This document shows, piece by piece, positions 61,414-64,000 of a stretch of DNA of 64,000 bases (position 1 is its first letter; each line of letters opens with the position of its first letter). The stretch is from an uncultured Methanomicrobiaceae archaeon (GTDB lineage Archaea > Halobacteriota > Methanomicrobia > Methanomicrobiales > Methanoculleaceae). The notes under the pieces were generated by a model, which worked only from the letters and a program-made list of their open reading frames with translations, was not told where the DNA came from and made no database searches. Location of the stretch: positions 1,024,001-1,088,000 of the forward strand of contig CAWGXH010000004.1 in the NCBI GenBank assembly GCA_963826525.1. Reading direction: 5' to 3'. Position numbers and translations under genes: made by a program.

Positions 61414-62858
61414 ATGGTTATCACGGAGCACCTGACGATCATGCAGATGAACGACTCGCACGGCTATCTGGAGCTCCACCCGGAACTCTTCCGGGCGGGG
61501 GATCGGGCGGAGATCCGGATGGCAGGGGGGTATGCACGGATAGGCACGCTCCTCGATCAGGTCCGGGAGGAGCGGCCGGGGGAGGTGCTGGCGTTCGACT
61601 GCGGGGATACCATCCACGGGACGTACGGGGCGGTAAAGACCCGGGGCGAGGCGCTCGTCCCGATCCTGAACGCCCTTGACTTCGACGGCATGACCGCTCA
61701 CTGGGAGTTTGCCTACGGGCCGGAGCGGTTCTCTGAAGTGGCGGGCAGGCTCCGCTATCCGATGCTCGCGGTCAACTGCTACGACGACGCGACCGGCGAC
61801 CTGGTCTTTCAGCCCTATACCGTCTGCGAGACCGACTCGCTGCAGGTCGGCGTCATCGGCATCGCGGCGACGATCGTCGACAAGACAATGCCGGCATCGT
61901 TCTCAAAGGGCATCCACTTCACGCTCGGGAACGAGGAACTTCCGGGCGCCATCGCCCTGCTCCGCGACGACGAGGGTGTCGACCTCATCGTAGTCGTCTC
62001 GCACCTCGGGTTCCCGCAGGAGATGCAGCTTGCGCGGGAGGTCGACGGGATCGACGTGCTGCTCTCCGCCCATACGCATAACCGGCTCTACCGGCCGGCG
62101 ATCGTGAACGATACCATCGTCATGCAGTCGGGCTGCCACGGCTCGTTCCTCGGGAGGCTGGACCTCGAGGTGGAGAACCGTCGCGTCGCCCGGTATGCCC
62201 ACCGGCTCCTCACCGTCGACCCGGGCATCCGGCCGGACCCCGCGATCGAGGAGATGGTGAACCGGACGCTCGATCCCCATCGCCAGGAGCTCGGGCGGGT
62301 CGTGGGGACGACGGCGACCGCACTCCACCGGACGCTGGTGCTCGAATCGACGATGGATAACCTCCTTCTCCAGGCGCTGCAGGACGTTACCGGGGCGGAG
62401 ATGGCCTTCTCGAACGGCTGGCGGTACGGAGCCCCGGTTCCGCCGGGTCCGGTCACCGTCAATGACCTCTGGAACATCATCCCGACGAACCCGCCCGTCT
62501 CCACCGTCGAGCTCCGGGGCCGGGAGCTCCTGGCGATGATGGAGGAGAATCTCGAGCATACCTTCTCCCGCGACCCCTACAACCAGATGGGCGGCTACGT
62601 CAAGCGGTGTCTCGGGATAACCGTCTACTGCAAGCTTGAAAACCCGGCTGGGAACAGGATCCAGGAGTTCTTCGTGGGCGGTAGATCGCTTGAGCCCGAC
62701 CGGACGTACAGCGCTGCGTTCGTGACCACGCAGGGCGTTCCGGAGCAGTACGGTGAGAATCGTCGGCACCTCGATCTCCGTGCCGTCGAGGCACTGGAGC
62801 GTTACCTTGCAGGAGGGCCGGCCCGGGCGGACTCCGCGGCACGGTCACGGCGATCTGA
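61414..62858 (+). CDS. SoxB-like metallophosphoesterase / 5'-nucleotidase-family hydrolase, no signal peptide (frameshift near 62835)
   Basis: NDSHG, GDTIHG, HWEFAYG, SHLG, SAHTH, SNGWRYG, FSRDPYNQMGG; reconstructed end RGTVTAI-stop. Confidence 0.85.
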
Positions 62859-62896
62859 TCGGAAGATCGTTAACGGGCAGCAGGAGTTTCTGCAGT

Positions 62897-63217
62897 ATGA
62901 CCTGGTCGTATCGTGTGGTATTCCACCTCGACGAGAGCTACCGGGCGACGACGACACTCGTCAATGTCAGGAACCTGCTCTTGGATCCCGGTGCCGATGC
63001 CGTGGAGGTGAAGGTCGTGGTCTATGCCGACGGGGGATCGGCACGAGGAGATCGTGCGCCGCCCGGCGGAGCAGGGTGTAGCGTTCGCTCTCTGCAGGGG
63101 GAGCCTCGAGACACACGGGCTTACGCTCGATGATGTTCCCGGCTCCGGGTTCGAGTTCGTCTCGTTGGGGGTCGCCGGGCTGGTACGGCTCCTGGATGGA
63201 GCTACATCCGGCCGTGA
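62897..63217 (+). CDS. DsrE-family protein (frameshifted)
   Basis: RVVFHLDE, NVRNLL, VVVYADG, GVAFALC, GVAGLV, terminal YIRP. Confidence 0.75.
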
Positions 63218-63285
63218 CTGCCGCAGGGTGAAAGACTGGAAGAGGTGCCCGGCAACTCCCGGGTTCGTCTCCAGGAAAAAAAATA

Positions 63286-63663
63286 TTACTCGATCAGGAC
63301 TGCGTTGATAACGCCGTCCTGGCCGGGCCGGCTGACGATACGGGCACGGCCGAGCTCGGTCTTGATGATTGCGCCCTTGGTCAGAAGGTTCCGACGAACG
63401 TAGTTCGGGTTCGCGCTGTTTGCCTCGACCGTCTGGATCTGGGCCTTCTTGTTCTCACCGGTTGCGGGGTTCGCGACGGTTGCGTAGGTTGCACGCAGTG
63501 CCCGGACCTTCTGGTTGCCGCCGTAGGTGCGAACGAGTTTTCTGCGGTCCTCACCGATGTGGGTGTCTGCGGGTGCTCTTCCGATCTCTGAGCGTCTCTT
63601 GCTCTGTGACGGGCGGTACCGACCGCCGGTTGCCTTTCGTACTGATCTACCTTGCCACTGCAT
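63286..63663 (-). CDS. rps8e: 30S ribosomal protein S8e
   Basis: WQGRSVRKATGG, RNLLTKGAII, SRPGQDGVINAVL. Confidence 0.97.
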   Translation of the reverse strand: MQWQGRSVRKATGGRYRPSQSKRRSEIGRAPADTHIGEDRRKLVRTYGGNQKVRALRATYATVANPATGENKKAQIQTVEANSANPNYVRRNLLTKGAIIKTELGRARIVSRPGQDGVINAVLIE

Positions 63664-63770
63664 ATGATGACCACCGTATACTTGTATTGAAGCCTTCCCT
63701 TCCCGGAGGATGGGGAGTACATCGTTAAAGTGCTATAAATGTTCGAATCAAAGCTATTTAACCGTGCTGA

Positions 63771-64000
63771 TCATCCAAGAATTGCGTCGAGCAGTTCCCG
63801 GGTACCGTCGCCGGTCCTGAGGTTCGTCCGGAAGACCGGCATCTCGGGGTTGTAGCGGTGGATGTCCTGCTCCATCCGTTCGACGTTCGCCCCGACGAGT
63901 TCGGCGAGGTCGACCTTGTTGATCACGCCGATGGTGCCCCCCCGGAACATCATCGGGTGCTTGTTCACCACGTCGTCGCCCTCGGTGGAACTGACGATCA
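63771..64000 (-). CDS. hypB: hydrogenase nickel incorporation GTPase HypB (3' part; truncated by window edge)
   Basis: SSTEGDDVVNKHPMMF, INKVDLA. Confidence 0.9.
   Translation of the reverse strand, partial: IVSSTEGDDVVNKHPMMFRGGTIGVINKVDLAELVGANVERMEQDIHRYNPEMPVFRTNLRTGDGTRELLDAILG

Noticed and set aside
61348-63081. 577-aa nucleotidase with extended C-terminus
   Set aside because: The extension is frameshift read-through over the separate DsrE gene.
63664-63770. SRP RNA next to rps8e
   Set aside because: The spacer is only about 105 bp, too short for archaeal 7S RNA; it holds only a TATA-like element and a small hairpin.
1-64000. CRISPR array, rRNA, transposase
   Set aside because: No regularly spaced repeats, rRNA-like sequence or transposase motifs were seen.

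Overview
GC-rich archaeal chromosome segment, most consistent with a Methanomicrobiales methanogen (Methanoculleus-like; inferred from gene content). It is mostly housekeeping: apgM, hypF, the ftsZ-secE-spt5 / rpl11-rpl1-rplP0-rpl12p block, dtdA, two moeA, ileS, thg1, mptE, infB(aIF5B)-rps6e, rps8e, partial hypB, tRNA-Lys(CTT) and tRNA-His(GTG). It also carries methanogen-specific genes (probable MCR glutamine C-methyltransferase, ycaO-tfuA, ablAB). Many genes, including essential ones, have single-base frameshifts that look like uncorrected sequencing or assembly indels, so several CDS boundaries were reconstructed across frames. No CRISPR array, rRNA, integrase or transposase was seen. Best leads: (1) a coupled isochorismatase / CxxC-less TrxB-like flavoprotein / RlmN-like radical SAM operon in which the radical SAM lacks RlmN's resolving cysteine; (2) a moaD-moaE-ycaO-tfuA operon; (3) a cytoplasmic SoxB-like hydrolase paired with DsrE; (4) an RNase Z exosite-like arm on DtdA; (5) structured RNA leaders before infB and rpl1; (6) a tRNA-His without a genomic G-1, with thg1 in the same window.
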